64,000 bases of DNA from Candidatus Eiseniibacteriota bacterium (GCA_044229145.1 JBGATO010000014.1:1-64000), one strand, 5' to 3'; positions 49,509-60,200 are shown, counted from the first letter of the stretch. The notes: generated from the sequence alone by a model not told the origin. Numbers and translations are program-made.

Positions 49509-50642
49509 CTACGGGACCGCGGTGATCTCGTACCACGGCTGCGTCGGCGTCCCCTGATAGCCCTTCTCATGCAGTGTGAAGCGATAGTTGCCCGCCGCCG
49601 GAATGGCGATCGCGATGTTCGGCGGATTGCCGCTGAGATCGAGCGGACCAGTGAGACCGCCCGCGCCGCTGCCGGCGCCGAAGTTGGTCGGGCCCCACGC
49701 CCCGTTGATGGTGAACTTGAAGTTGATGGTGGTGGCCGGGGCAGGCAGCACGATCGACCACGTGTTGTCGTCGATGAGCGTCATCGTGGTGGCGGCGGCG
49801 TCCGGCGTCCACGCAGGCGAGGTGAAGTCGCCGGTGATGACGATCTTCTGATACGGCGAGACGAAGGCGGCGCGCGGCAACCGCAGAGTCGTCAGCGTCA
49901 CGGTGTTTTCGCCGGCGATCACCACGTTGGTGAGGATCGAATCGGCGTACCCGGTGCCGCTGAACTTCACACTGTAGGTGCCGTCTTGTAGGCCGGCGAG
50001 CGTGTACGAACCGTCGGTGGTGTCGGAGGTCGCCACCGCCACGACGGTGGTGTCGGTCCGCAACCCGCCGAGGCGCGCTTCCACCGTGGCGCGCGGGAAC
50101 GGCGCGGTGGCGCGATCGCTGAACTCCACCACACCCTTGATGGTGCCGTTGTAGCGCGTCTTCTTCTCGATGACGTACGTCGGCCCTTCGGTGCCGTGCG
50201 GGCCCTTCTCATAGAGCGTGAAGGTCCAGTCGCCGGCGGTCGGGATCGTCACCAAGATTTCGTTGCCGATGCCGCCGTCAACCAGCGTGACCGCAGACGT
50301 CAGGCCGCTCTGGCCCGCATGCGTGTACGCGCGCCACGCACCACTGACCACGGCGACCACGAACTTGAAGCCGATGCTGCCGGCCGGCAGCCGGACCGTC
50401 TGCTGCCAGGTGTAGTCGTCGATCAGCGTCATGCTCTGCGCGGCGGTGAAGCGGGAGGCATCCCAGTTGGTGAAGCTGCCGGCCAGCCACACGACGTCGT
50501 TCAGACTGTCCTTCGGCTTGCCCGGCGGCGAGAGCAGCGTGGTCGGCGCTTGCTTGCAACCGGACAGCGCGACGCCGCAGGCCAGCGCCACGAGCGTCAC
50601 CCACGCGGCGACGATGTTCCAACGACGAGCGATCGCGTGCAT
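49509..50642 (-). CDS. SusE/F-like lipoprotein: two putative starch-binding modules flanking a carboxypeptidase-regulatory-like Ig domain
   Basis: Lipobox LSG-C; two copies of G(S/D)FT..W...MTLIDD.TW...FKF...IAIP.AG.(W/Y).FTL.EKG; central DGSYTLAGL. Confidence 0.7.
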   Translation of the reverse strand: MHAIARRWNIVAAWVTLVALACGVALSGCKQAPTTLLSPPGKPKDSLNDVVWLAGSFTNWDASRFTAAQSMTLIDDYTWQQTVRLPAGSIGFKFVVAVVSGAWRAYTHAGQSGLTSAVTLVDGGIGNEILVTIPTAGDWTFTLYEKGPHGTEGPTYVIEKKTRYNGTIKGVVEFSDRATAPFPRATVEARLGGLRTDTTVVAVATSDTTDGSYTLAGLQDGTYSVKFSGTGYADSILTNVVIAGENTVTLTTLRLPRAAFVSPYQKIVITGDFTSPAWTPDAAATTMTLIDDNTWSIVLPAPATTINFKFTINGAWGPTNFGAGSGAGGLTGPLDLSGNPPNIAIAIPAAGNYRFTLHEKGYQGTPTQPWYEITAVP

Positions 50643-50653
50643 CTCGAGTCTCC

Positions 50654-51073
50654 TCACTTCACCACCACGAGCGAATTGAAGCCGCCGAATCCATCGTCGA
50701 CGCGCTCGGGGTTGTTGGGATCTTCCTTCCACGTGTTGTAGTCGATGCGATACTTGTACTGGTGGCGCCCCGGCGGGAGTTTGAACGTCGCCGTCCACAT
50801 GCCGTTGCGGTCGGGACCTTGCATGAGACCGACGTCGGTGGACGAGATCTCGGCGTTGCCGGCCAGCCAGCGGTTGTCTTCCCAATCGCCGCCGACTTGC
50901 ACGCGGCGGGCGTAGGGCGCGTAATAGCGGAACGTCACGAAGCCGTCCTTCGACGGCGCCGGCGGTGCCAAGCGCGGCTTCACGAAGGTCAGGGACGCGC
51001 AACCGCCCACCGCAAGGGCAGCGACGGCGACCAGCACCACCGCGACGAGGCGGACGCGCACACGAGCATGCAT
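50654..51073 (-). CDS. Lipoprotein with a single CBM48 domain
   Basis: Lipobox VGG-C; VTFRYYAP.A..V.VGGDW, LPPGRHQYKY.ID...W..DPNNP..DDGFGG.NS. Confidence 0.85.
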   Translation of the reverse strand: MHARVRVRLVAVVLVAVAALAVGGCASLTFVKPRLAPPAPSKDGFVTFRYYAPYARRVQVGGDWEDNRWLAGNAEISSTDVGLMQGPDRNGMWTATFKLPPGRHQYKYRIDYNTWKEDPNNPERVDDGFGGFNSLVVVK

Positions 51074-51090
51074 CGGCGAGTCCTTTCGCA

Positions 51091-53364
51091 TCAGAACGCC
51101 AGCTTCGCTTCGAGCTGCACGCGGCGCTCGCGCGACAGCGCGCGTTCGGCAGCATCGAGCGTCGTGCCGAAGCGGCGGTAGTTGGTGCGCGCCGCGGTCT
51201 CGCTGGCGCCCTGGTTGAACAGATAGAGATCGCGGCCGATGTCGCGGTACTCGTTCGGCACCGGATCGAGCACATCGGGGTCGACGCCGACGCCGAGCTC
51301 GATCGAAATCTGCTGCGTCCAGTTGTACCGCGCCTCGGCGAAGTTCGACCAGTAGGTGTGCTTGAGCCCGAGCTGCGTCGAGTTGTAGTGCGCGCACCGG
51401 TTGTCGTTGACCAACGTGATACGGTCGGTGGCCTTCCACGACAGCAGCGTCCGCGTCTCGACGAACGACGGCTTGTACTGGAGGCCGGCGGTAGCGATGG
51501 TGCCGCGATAGTCGAGCGCCCAGCGGTCACCGCGGCCGGCGGTGACGCGCACCCGCGGCTCGGCGAGCACGGCGGCGCGACCGCCGAGCAACGTATAGCG
51601 CGGAATCGTGAGGACGTGTTCGTCGAGCCAGGCATTGCCGCCGCTGAACCATAGTTGCGCGCCCCAGGGCGTGCCTTCGTCGTACTTGAAGATCTCGTCC
51701 CGCACCTTGAGACCGAGTGTCCAGCGGCCGAGCGGTGCGCTGATCTCGCCGGTCAGCGTCGTGCGATGCGTGGTGAGTGGCGTCTCGATGAGGAGCGTGT
51801 CCTCCCCCGCCGGTCCGGCGATTTGCAGGCCGCCGAACGCCGCCGTACTGTAGCGGTGCCGTTCGTGTTCGACCGTCCCGCCGAGCACGCCGTAGCGCGT
51901 GCCGGCGAGCCGGCCATGCATGCCGGCTTGCACGCGGTACGAGCGCGAGAGATTCCACGTCTTCGCGCTGGTCTGGATCGCATCGGGCGTGAGCGTCGAC
52001 GTGAGGTCGCTGACCCCGAGTCGCACCGGATAGATGTACACCTGCCGCGCCGCCGCATGCGTCTCGCTGATACCGCCCGCCAGCCACGCGGCGCGACCGT
52101 AGCCGGTCCACGTGAAGGTGGTGGCGGCGAGCGTGCGGCCTTCGACGGTCGAATAGATGCGCAGGTCGGCGATGTCGCCGTTCGCCAGCGCCACCGCGGA
52201 CACCAGACCCCCGACCGCGACGGGCGCCAGTCCGCTGCCGGGCGCCGGCACCGTGATATCGGCGAGGTTGGCGCCGCGTGCATTGCGGTAGCTTGCCGAC
52301 CATGCGAGCGACTTCGTCACCGGCACCGTGAAACCGGCGCCCGCGGTGTTCTCGTTGCGCGTCCCGCTGCCCGGCTGGTACGAGAGAAAGGACACCGCAT
52401 CGGCACCATAGGCCGCGGTGTCGGTTTCCGCTTCCAGCGCCACCGAGTTCGCGACCGGGAACGGCCGCGTGCCATCGGCGTTGCGGTCGGTGTACAGCAA
52501 CCACCAGTTGCTGCGCTGCGGGCCGCTGCCGGTGACGTGCAGACCCGAGTTGTTGTAGCCGAACGCGTAACGGTAGATGCCGACGTCGCCGAAGGTGTGC
52601 AGCGAGTCACCGGCGGTGACCGGCGCGTCGTTGTCGAAGCTGGTGAGCGCCCACGTCGGCATGTGGAGATCCATGCGTCCGCGGTCGAAGTTGGCATGCA
52701 CGCGCCACGGCTCGCTGTTCTCGTGCGTGCCGTTGATGTTGGTGAGCATGCGCGCGGTCATGTTGCTGTTCATCTGCACATTGAACGCCACGTCGAGGTT
52801 GTGCCCCGGCTTCGTCACGTTCCACTCGCTGTGCGCGCGGTCGAGCACACCGGTGTAGGTCGCGACGTAGCGTCCGTCGATCTGCACCTTGGGATTCACG
52901 CTGCTCATCGCCTTGGTGAAGACGTCGGCGGTGCCGCCACCGACAGCGGCAGTCGCCGCGGTCGACGTGCCCGGCAGCTTCCCATCGGCGCCGATCGTGA
53001 GCAGGCTGTTGCCGAAGTCGCCGCCGGTGCGCGGGTTGTCCGGGTCGGCCATCCAGTTGCCGTCGACGACGAACTTGTACATGTGATCGCCGGCGGTTAG
53101 ACCCGGGACGATCACCTCGAAGGCGGCGCCGACCTTGACCATCGGCGTGGCGGTGGTGCTCCAGCCGTTCCAATCGCCGGCCAGGAATACCTTGTCGCCG
53201 CCCCCGCCATAGCGGAAGCGCACGCCACTGGTGGCGTTCTCGATCGCCGCGTGCGCGGTGTCCGGCGGCATCGCGCCGCCCAGCGCCAGCACCACGCACA
53301 GCGCCGCGGCCCACGCGGCGGACGACGGACGGCGAACTGCGTTCTTCTTCGCGGCCGCATTCAT
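51091..53364 (-). CDS. Putative outer-membrane beta-barrel with N-terminal CBM48
   Basis: Signal peptide (TAHA); CBM48 VFLAGDWNGW..YKFVVDGNW..DPDNP; amphipathic strands; C-terminal VQLEAKLAF. Confidence 0.75.
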   Translation of the reverse strand: MNAAAKKNAVRRPSSAAWAAALCVVLALGGAMPPDTAHAAIENATSGVRFRYGGGGDKVFLAGDWNGWSTTATPMVKVGAAFEVIVPGLTAGDHMYKFVVDGNWMADPDNPRTGGDFGNSLLTIGADGKLPGTSTAATAAVGGGTADVFTKAMSSVNPKVQIDGRYVATYTGVLDRAHSEWNVTKPGHNLDVAFNVQMNSNMTARMLTNINGTHENSEPWRVHANFDRGRMDLHMPTWALTSFDNDAPVTAGDSLHTFGDVGIYRYAFGYNNSGLHVTGSGPQRSNWWLLYTDRNADGTRPFPVANSVALEAETDTAAYGADAVSFLSYQPGSGTRNENTAGAGFTVPVTKSLAWSASYRNARGANLADITVPAPGSGLAPVAVGGLVSAVALANGDIADLRIYSTVEGRTLAATTFTWTGYGRAAWLAGGISETHAAARQVYIYPVRLGVSDLTSTLTPDAIQTSAKTWNLSRSYRVQAGMHGRLAGTRYGVLGGTVEHERHRYSTAAFGGLQIAGPAGEDTLLIETPLTTHRTTLTGEISAPLGRWTLGLKVRDEIFKYDEGTPWGAQLWFSGGNAWLDEHVLTIPRYTLLGGRAAVLAEPRVRVTAGRGDRWALDYRGTIATAGLQYKPSFVETRTLLSWKATDRITLVNDNRCAHYNSTQLGLKHTYWSNFAEARYNWTQQISIELGVGVDPDVLDPVPNEYRDIGRDLYLFNQGASETAARTNYRRFGTTLDAAERALSRERRVQLEAKLAF

Positions 53365-53423
53365 GCGCGCCTCTCCTCCTGGAACGATCGTGCGGCCGGC
53401 GATGCGGCGCGCGACTGCGTGAG

Positions 53424-55085
53424 CTAGAACCATCCGTGCAACTCCACCTTGAAGATGTCGCGGTTTTCGCCGCTGCCGGCGAGGTCGCCGTCGTCGACGG
53501 GGTTGGTGCTGTCGCCGATCCACCACGGACCGTACGAGACGAACAGCTCCATGTTGTCGCGCGGGCGATACTGTCCTTGGACGAACGTGCTGGTGCGCGT
53601 TCGCGTCGCGTCGTTGCCGAAGGTCAGGCGCGAGTACAGCTTGAGCGCTGGCGTCAGGTTGACGTTCGACTCGAACGACGCCAGCTGCTGGTGCGTGAGG
53701 CGGTACCCTTCCACGACGCGGCGCGCCTTGAACTGCAAGCGCGCCCACGCCAGCGTGCTTTGCGCGGTGACTTCGCCGAAGTATTCGCGGATGTCCTGGT
53801 TGTAGCGCGTGCCGCCGGCATTCACGGTGGTGCAGTCGCTGCCGCGTCCCGGGCCGGTGGAGCCGCGGCGCGAGCGGTAGAACAGCTTGCTGGTGAAGCC
53901 GTTCAGGTACTCGGTGTACATCTCCGCGTAGGCATCGCTCCAGTGCGCGCTCTCGTCGTAGCGCTTGTCGTAGTTGCCGTAATTGCCGGTGAGCGTGATG
54001 GCGCGCTGCGGCAGCGCGTACCAGGAGTTGAGGTAGTAGCCGGCTTCGTCGCGCGTGCCGTCACCGAGCGGGTTGTCCCACTGGCGGCCGAGCACGCGGT
54101 AGCTCGGCGCGATGTAGAAGTAGCCGGTGCGCGGCGTGCCAACGCGCAGCGACCGCACTTCGGCGCGGAACACGCTGTTCGATGGCAGCGCCCGCCACAG
54201 ACCGTCGTTCAGGCGGCCGAGCGAGAGCCCGCTCGGCGTGTCGGTGCACCAACGCCGCTCGACCAGCGAGGTGTACTGCCAACCAGGCTTGAAGGTCTGC
54301 GCGTACTCGATGGACACGTCGGTGCCGCCGAGGCTGATGCGCGTGTCGCCGGCCAGCACGTTGACGTAGGTACTGGTGTCGCGTGCGGTGCCGGTGGAGT
54401 CGGTGAGCGGGAAGATGATCGACTGCGGCGCCCGCACCACCAACGCGTTGGTGAGACCGACGCGGAGCTTGTTCTTGGGCAGGAAGTTTCGCTTCACGCG
54501 GACGATGTGCGCATCGTCGGTGTTCTTCGGACGGTCCGCCTGCGCGCCGTTGCCCGGCGTGCTCTGTCCGGCGAAGTCGGAGAACGCGTACACCGCGTTG
54601 AAGCCGCCCGGACCCCACGTTTCGAGCCGCACGCCGTCCGCGTTGCCATCGTTGCTGGCGCGATCGTCGTACACCACGCCGATCAGGTGATTGTCCACCC
54701 AGTAGCGCCGCTCCCGGCTGAACAGCAGCGCCTCGTAGGCACGCGGTCCGCGTTCGACGCGATACTTGGCGTGCGACTCCTGCAAGAAGAAGCTCGGGCG
54801 GCGATCCGAGTTGCTGCCCGGATTCCACTGCGCGTACGTCTTGAGGAACGCTTCGACGCCGGGGCGCGGCGTGGTCAGGATGCGCAGCTCCGCGTAGTTC
54901 CAGTCGGAGCCGTCGCCAGAGTTGGCGTCGTAGTCCCACTGATAGCTGCGATCCTGCTTGCGGATGTCGAGCTGCATCGAATAGTAGCCTTCGAGCTTGG
55001 TGAGCGCGAAGGCGGCGTGCGGCAGGGCGAGCGCGGCGACCGCGCCGAGGCTCAACGCCACGCGTGCCAGCGAGTGCTTCCTCAT
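53424..55085 (-). CDS. Putative outer-membrane beta-barrel of unknown family
   Basis: Signal peptide (AAFA); Tyr/Trp-rich alternating strands; C-terminal IFKVELHGWF. Confidence 0.7.
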   Translation of the reverse strand: MRKHSLARVALSLGAVAALALPHAAFALTKLEGYYSMQLDIRKQDRSYQWDYDANSGDGSDWNYAELRILTTPRPGVEAFLKTYAQWNPGSNSDRRPSFFLQESHAKYRVERGPRAYEALLFSRERRYWVDNHLIGVVYDDRASNDGNADGVRLETWGPGGFNAVYAFSDFAGQSTPGNGAQADRPKNTDDAHIVRVKRNFLPKNKLRVGLTNALVVRAPQSIIFPLTDSTGTARDTSTYVNVLAGDTRISLGGTDVSIEYAQTFKPGWQYTSLVERRWCTDTPSGLSLGRLNDGLWRALPSNSVFRAEVRSLRVGTPRTGYFYIAPSYRVLGRQWDNPLGDGTRDEAGYYLNSWYALPQRAITLTGNYGNYDKRYDESAHWSDAYAEMYTEYLNGFTSKLFYRSRRGSTGPGRGSDCTTVNAGGTRYNQDIREYFGEVTAQSTLAWARLQFKARRVVEGYRLTHQQLASFESNVNLTPALKLYSRLTFGNDATRTRTSTFVQGQYRPRDNMELFVSYGPWWIGDSTNPVDDGDLAGSGENRDIFKVELHGWF

Positions 55086-55978
55086 CGCGCACCTCCCCGC
55101 GGGGCGGCGTGATAGGTGAAGGCGAAGCGATACGAATTGCCGAGATCCTTGTGCGTCAGGAAGCTCACGTCGGTGCTCCAGCGCGGACGTGCGAGGCCGA
55201 TCCCGCCGGTGAGATCGTGTCCGGCGAGTCCCGCGCGCAGGTGGAAGACATCGGAGAACACGACTTCGGCGCCGAACTGTTCGCGCCAGCCGCGCGCGTC
55301 TCGCGTCACCGACGCGCACACCGTGCTCGCGGGGTTCCAGCGATACGCCCACGCGACCTCGCCCTCGCGCGGCAATCCACCGCCGACGTCGCCGGCGGCG
55401 GGCAACAGCGGAAAGGTCGGCGAGCCGATGTGGCGCACCACCGCGGCGGCGGTCATGTCGCGCGACACTTCATACGTCGCGCCAGCGCTCGCGCTGACGC
55501 GCGTCGCCGATCCGGCGAGCGACGGCGTGGCGTCCAGCACCTCCTGCGCGACGCCCACACGTGCGAGTTCGACTGCGGCGCCCACCGCCACGCGCCCGCG
55601 CTTGACCGCGCTGCCGCACGACACGAAGTCCTCGGCGATGGCGTGCGCCAAACGCGTCGTGTGCCAGCCGATCGCGAGCGGCGCGGTGCGCAGCGGAATG
55701 CGCACCGACACCCCGATTTCGGTGAGGTCCGAGAGCGCGTACGGCTGACCGTTGGCAGCCACTGCCGTGAACGGCATCGCGGTGGCGAGCCGCGCCGGAT
55801 TCCAGTACAGCGCGGCCGGTCCGCCGACGTCCGCCGCGGTGGCACGTCCCATCGCCAACGAGCGCGCGTCGGGCTCCAAGGTCTCGAAGTAGGCGCGCGC
55901 GGGCACGGCGGCCAAACACACCGTGACGGTCGTGAGTGCAGCGAGCGGAAGGCGCGTCGAGCGCGCGTCGTGCCGCAT
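55082..55978 (-). CDS. PorV/PorQ-like (FadL-fold) outer-membrane protein
   Basis: DARSLAMG.A.AA....ALYWNPA.L N-terminal motif; LRAG, LG.SYRF at the C-terminus. Confidence 0.75.
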   Translation of the reverse strand: MRHDARSTRLPLAALTTVTVCLAAVPARAYFETLEPDARSLAMGRATAADVGGPAALYWNPARLATAMPFTAVAANGQPYALSDLTEIGVSVRIPLRTAPLAIGWHTTRLAHAIAEDFVSCGSAVKRGRVAVGAAVELARVGVAQEVLDATPSLAGSATRVSASAGATYEVSRDMTAAAVVRHIGSPTFPLLPAAGDVGGGLPREGEVAWAYRWNPASTVCASVTRDARGWREQFGAEVVFSDVFHLRAGLAGHDLTGGIGLARPRWSTDVSFLTHKDLGNSYRFAFTYHAAPRGGAR

Positions 55979-55979
55979 C

Positions 55980-57260
55980 TCAGCGCACCACCGCGAAACC
56001 GCGATCGATACGCGCGGTGCCGAGTACATTGCAGCCTCCTCCCACCACCCGCAGGACGTAGATGCCGGGCGGGACCAGATCGCCGTGCGCGTCGCGGCCG
56101 TCCCAGGCGTCCACGGTGGCAGCGTCGCCGCAGCTCTCCTCGGTGTCGCCGGAGTACCGCGACGCGTCGCGGCCGCAACGCGACGACTGCGTGTAGAGCA
56201 CGCGGATCAACCGGCCGCGCATGTCGTAGACCGACGCCGACACTTGGATCGAACCCGACTGATCTCCTGCCGCGACGTGCGGCGCGAAGGTCATCGCCTG
56301 GCCGAGCCCGGGCGCGAACGCCGCACGATCGAGTGTCACCTCGTCGAGACGCGGCGGACCGAACAGCACCGGCAACCGCTTGGCGCTGGTGGTGCGCTCG
56401 CGCGGCGACACGTTCATGTCGGGGAAACCGTCGCCCGCGTCGTCGACGACCACCGACAGGTAGTTGTCGAGCGTCACCGCTTGCGAGCCGTCGGAGACCA
56501 TGCCTTCGAGGTTGTCGGGAATCACGTCGGGACCGCTCGTGCCGTCGCCGCCGCCGGTAAGCACCGCCACCACACGCACCGCGCGATACGCCGCGTCCGG
56601 CCGCACCGCCAGCGTGTCGCGCACCGTGGGGTCATAGTCGCGCGTGGTGGACTCCCACACCGCCGACCACGGGATCGCCGCTTCCATCGCCTTGCCTTGG
56701 TCGCCTTGCTGAAAGGTGGCGGATGCCTTGAAGTCGCCGGTGCCGAGCTGGCGCACCGAGTTGCTTCCGGTGGCCCGCCACATCTGCGGCTGGCGGTTGG
56801 TGTCCCAGGTGGCGAGGAAGAGATCCGGCGCGAAGCCGCCGCAGAAGAAGAAATTGCGCCGCCATGCATTGAGCGTCGCCATCGACAGCAGGCCGCCCGG
56901 CTTGGTGTCGAAGAACAGGATGACGTTGTTGCCCCAACTGACGCCATCGACGCCGACGTAGAGGCTGTCGGCGTCCCAGGTCAGGTGGACCTGGAGCAGT
57001 TCCTCGTTTGCGCCCCAGCGTGAATCGGAACGCGACTCGTAGAGCGTCGTGTAGTCCGGATTCTCCGTCGACGCCGACTGCATCAACGCTTCGTCGGCCG
57101 CGAAGTCGAGCGTCGATCCGTCGATCGTCAACGAATCGCCGCTCGCGCCGCTGCGATGCAGCGCGGTGGTGGCGCGCGCCGCGTGCGGGGCGACGCACAT
57201 CGCGCACGCCAGCACGGCGACCGCGGCCCAGCCGCTCCGCCTTCCCTGCTTCTGTCTCAC
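55980..57260 (-). CDS. Secreted DOMON/CBM9-like protein with FlgD-Ig C-terminal domain
   Basis: Signal peptide (HAARA); LTWDADSLYVG..FFDT; VYDMRGRLIRVL..WDGRD..G..VPPGIY; AAGGAG RBS. Confidence 0.75.
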   Translation of the reverse strand: MRQKQGRRSGWAAVAVLACAMCVAPHAARATTALHRSGASGDSLTIDGSTLDFAADEALMQSASTENPDYTTLYESRSDSRWGANEELLQVHLTWDADSLYVGVDGVSWGNNVILFFDTKPGGLLSMATLNAWRRNFFFCGGFAPDLFLATWDTNRQPQMWRATGSNSVRQLGTGDFKASATFQQGDQGKAMEAAIPWSAVWESTTRDYDPTVRDTLAVRPDAAYRAVRVVAVLTGGGDGTSGPDVIPDNLEGMVSDGSQAVTLDNYLSVVVDDAGDGFPDMNVSPRERTTSAKRLPVLFGPPRLDEVTLDRAAFAPGLGQAMTFAPHVAAGDQSGSIQVSASVYDMRGRLIRVLYTQSSRCGRDASRYSGDTEESCGDAATVDAWDGRDAHGDLVPPGIYVLRVVGGGCNVLGTARIDRGFAVVR

Positions 57261-57297
57261 GCCTGGCTCCTTGGCCTGACTGCGTTGTTTCGAGTCT

Positions 57298-60200
57298 CTA
57301 GGGCACGCGCACCAATCGCGTGCGGACCGTGCGGCCGCCACCGCTCAGCGTGGCGACATAGATGCCCGCCGGCGCCACGGCGCCCGCGGAAGTACGGCCA
57401 TCCCACGTCACAGTGCCCGGACCGCCGCCGTGACGCACCGTGGCCAAACGGCGCACCACGCGTCCACCGGCGTCGAAGATCGAGACCGCGACTTCGCCCG
57501 CCGGAGCGTCGAACGCCAGATGTGCGAGACGCCGCGACGGGTTGGGCAGCGCGCGAATCGCCATCAACGCGCGCTGCCGCGGCGCCGGGTCTCCGGAGGC
57601 GGTCAGTCCGTTGAAGGCGATTTGCGAATTCGGGGCGATGGTGTTGCGGGCGCAACTCGAATCGCGCACCCCGCTCACCGACAGCGTGTAGCCGACGAGA
57701 TCCTGCTGGCCGGTGGTCAGGGTCACCGTCTTGCCGTCGACGCCGAGCACCGCGCCGGTCACGCTCACCGTGTTGGTCGGGTTCGAGGTTTGGTAGATGA
57801 CGAAGTGGCTGGGCGCCTGCGCGCTCGCGGCCTCGAGCAGCTCGTTGAACGTCACGACGGCTTGGGTGTCGGCCGGCGCGGTCGCGCTCAGCAGCAGCGG
57901 CCCGCTGGCGTCGGCGACATCCGGCACGCCGTCGCCGTTGGCGTCCACCACCAGCGTCTTGACGTTGTTGACCAGCGGCAACGCGACTCCGCCGGTGTTC
58001 GACGGCGCGGAATCACCTCCGAGATCTCCGGTGTCCCACGCCACCGACGCGACGAAGGCGATCGCGCAGTTCGCCGGCACGTGACCGTTGCCGAGCGAGT
58101 AGAGCGAGTTCCACGGAATCGCCAGTTCGACACCGCTCGCCGCGCCCTGCAGGTGCTTCGGGTCGAACGCCATGATCGTCGCCTGCGTCGAGTCGACCGC
58201 GTGCGTGGCGCTCACGATCTGCCAGAACCCTTCGCTATCGAAGTTGCCCTGGTGCTGGTAGGAACCGTACTGCCAGTCTGCCTTGAAGCCCGGCGCCGTG
58301 AATTGCGCGTTGCGGTCCCAGATGTCGATCGCGCGCAAATCGGTCTGCCCGTTCGGACCGCCGGGATCGGTGTCGAGGTAGAGCAGCAGCGAGTTCGCCG
58401 TCACCGTCGCATCGATACCGAAGTACAGATATGTCGAGTCCCACGTGCAGTAGAGCGCGTCGATCTCATTGCTCGACGTCCACTGCGAATCGTTCGAGTC
58501 CGCCACCGCGCGCGTGCACGACGTCCACTGCGCCGCGTCGACCTTGCCGTCGATGGTCACGATGGTCGGCGCGTTCCAGTTCAGCATCAGGTTATCGACG
58601 TTGGTGATCGCCGCGTTGCCGATGTAGTTGAGATCGCGGGCCGCGTTCGCCGGAATGAGCAAACGCAGATTGATGTGCGCGAGACTGTTGATCGCGGCCT
58701 GCGTGGCCGGCGGCGTCTGCAGCTTGATGGTCGACGGCGCGCCGGTGGAGAGCACCTGCGTGCCGGCGTCGAGCGTGACCTCGGCGACCCCATCGTTGTT
58801 CGAGTCGATGCCGATGCCGGACACGATGAACGACGGCGCCTGCACGTAGTCACCGAACGCGATCGACAATTGTCCGGTGGCCTGCACCCACGTCGCCGCG
58901 TTGGCGATCGGCCCGACGCGATCCACCAGCTGCGTGGCCAGCGTATCGAGTTCGGCGACCTTGCCGTTGACGTCCGGCGTCGAGGTCGCGCCGGCGTAGA
59001 GCAACACCTCGAAGGTACCGCTGCCGCGAATCTCGTCGCCCTTCATGAGCGTCGCCGCGAACGACTTGTTGAACGACGCGCCGCCGCTTCCCCACACCCA
59101 CGCGCCGGTGGCGCCGGAGTTCGGATTGCGGTAGCCGCTGTAGGTTGGCGTGCCACCGCCCGACCACACGCGCGACATCTTGCCGTTCCACACCAAGTTC
59201 ACGAGGTCCGGCGAGAAGCCGCTCTGGATGTAGTCGGTGGCGGTGCCGGTTTGATAGATGACGTCGAGGTACGGTTGGCCGAGCGTGAGGCTCACCGTCT
59301 TGATGAGACCATTGGCGTTCACCAGCTTCGCGCTCACCGTGCTGCCGAGCCCTTGCACGACGCTCATGGTGTACGGCTGGTCCTGCATGTTCGGGCTGAC
59401 GTCGCTCAGCGCGCCGACGTGGTTGCCGTCGTTGTAGTCCGCCTGCGTGCCATACCAGTACACGTTGTCGTCACCGATCACCGGGTACGCGTAACCGCTG
59501 CCCTTGGCGAAGACGTTGACAGCGCGCCCGCCATTCGCCTCGAACACGGCGAAGACGCGGTCGTTGTAGAGGATCAATTCCTGATAGCCGTCGTTGTCGA
59601 TGTCGCTGAAGTACGCGGCGGCGGGATTGACGTAGAGGCCGCCGGCCCAGCGCGCCGCCTCGGCGTAGACGCTGGCTTGCTTGATGTGCGCGGAGTTGTT
59701 GTGTTCCCAGCCGCTGATCGGTCCGCCGAGATAGTCGTGCCAGCCGGTCTCGTACAGGTTGGTCATCAGCGTGTACCAGCCGGACTCGCTGATCGTGTTG
59801 GCGGGCGCGGCCGCTAGCGCGGACCACGCATCGTTCCACAGCGCACCGTAGTTCTTGCAGTTGCCGCCGGTGCCGGCGCAGCCGCCGTTGACGCCTCCGT
59901 TGGCGCCCGGCACGTAGCCGGCCCAATCGCCATACCAGCTGTTGTTGTTGCCGCCGTAGCCGTTGGTGCCGCCGATCGAGCCGTAGGTGCCGAAGGTCGG
60001 TGTCATCGACGCGGAGCCGTTGAAGTTGGCATTGCCGAGCGCGGCGGCGAGATCCCACGTGTGGAGCCAGGCGTTCTCCGCCTGGCACTTGTTGATCATC
60101 CAGTCGTAGGTCTCTTTCGCCATCGGCATGCTCGACTTCCACTCGCCGAGCGAGGCGGGCATCTCCCAGTCGTCGGCGTAGACGACGATGCGGTACGGCC

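Noticed and set aside
51091..55085. SusC / TonB-dependent receptor call for the barrels
   Set aside because: Too short, and no plug domain, TonB box or SusD partner recognised
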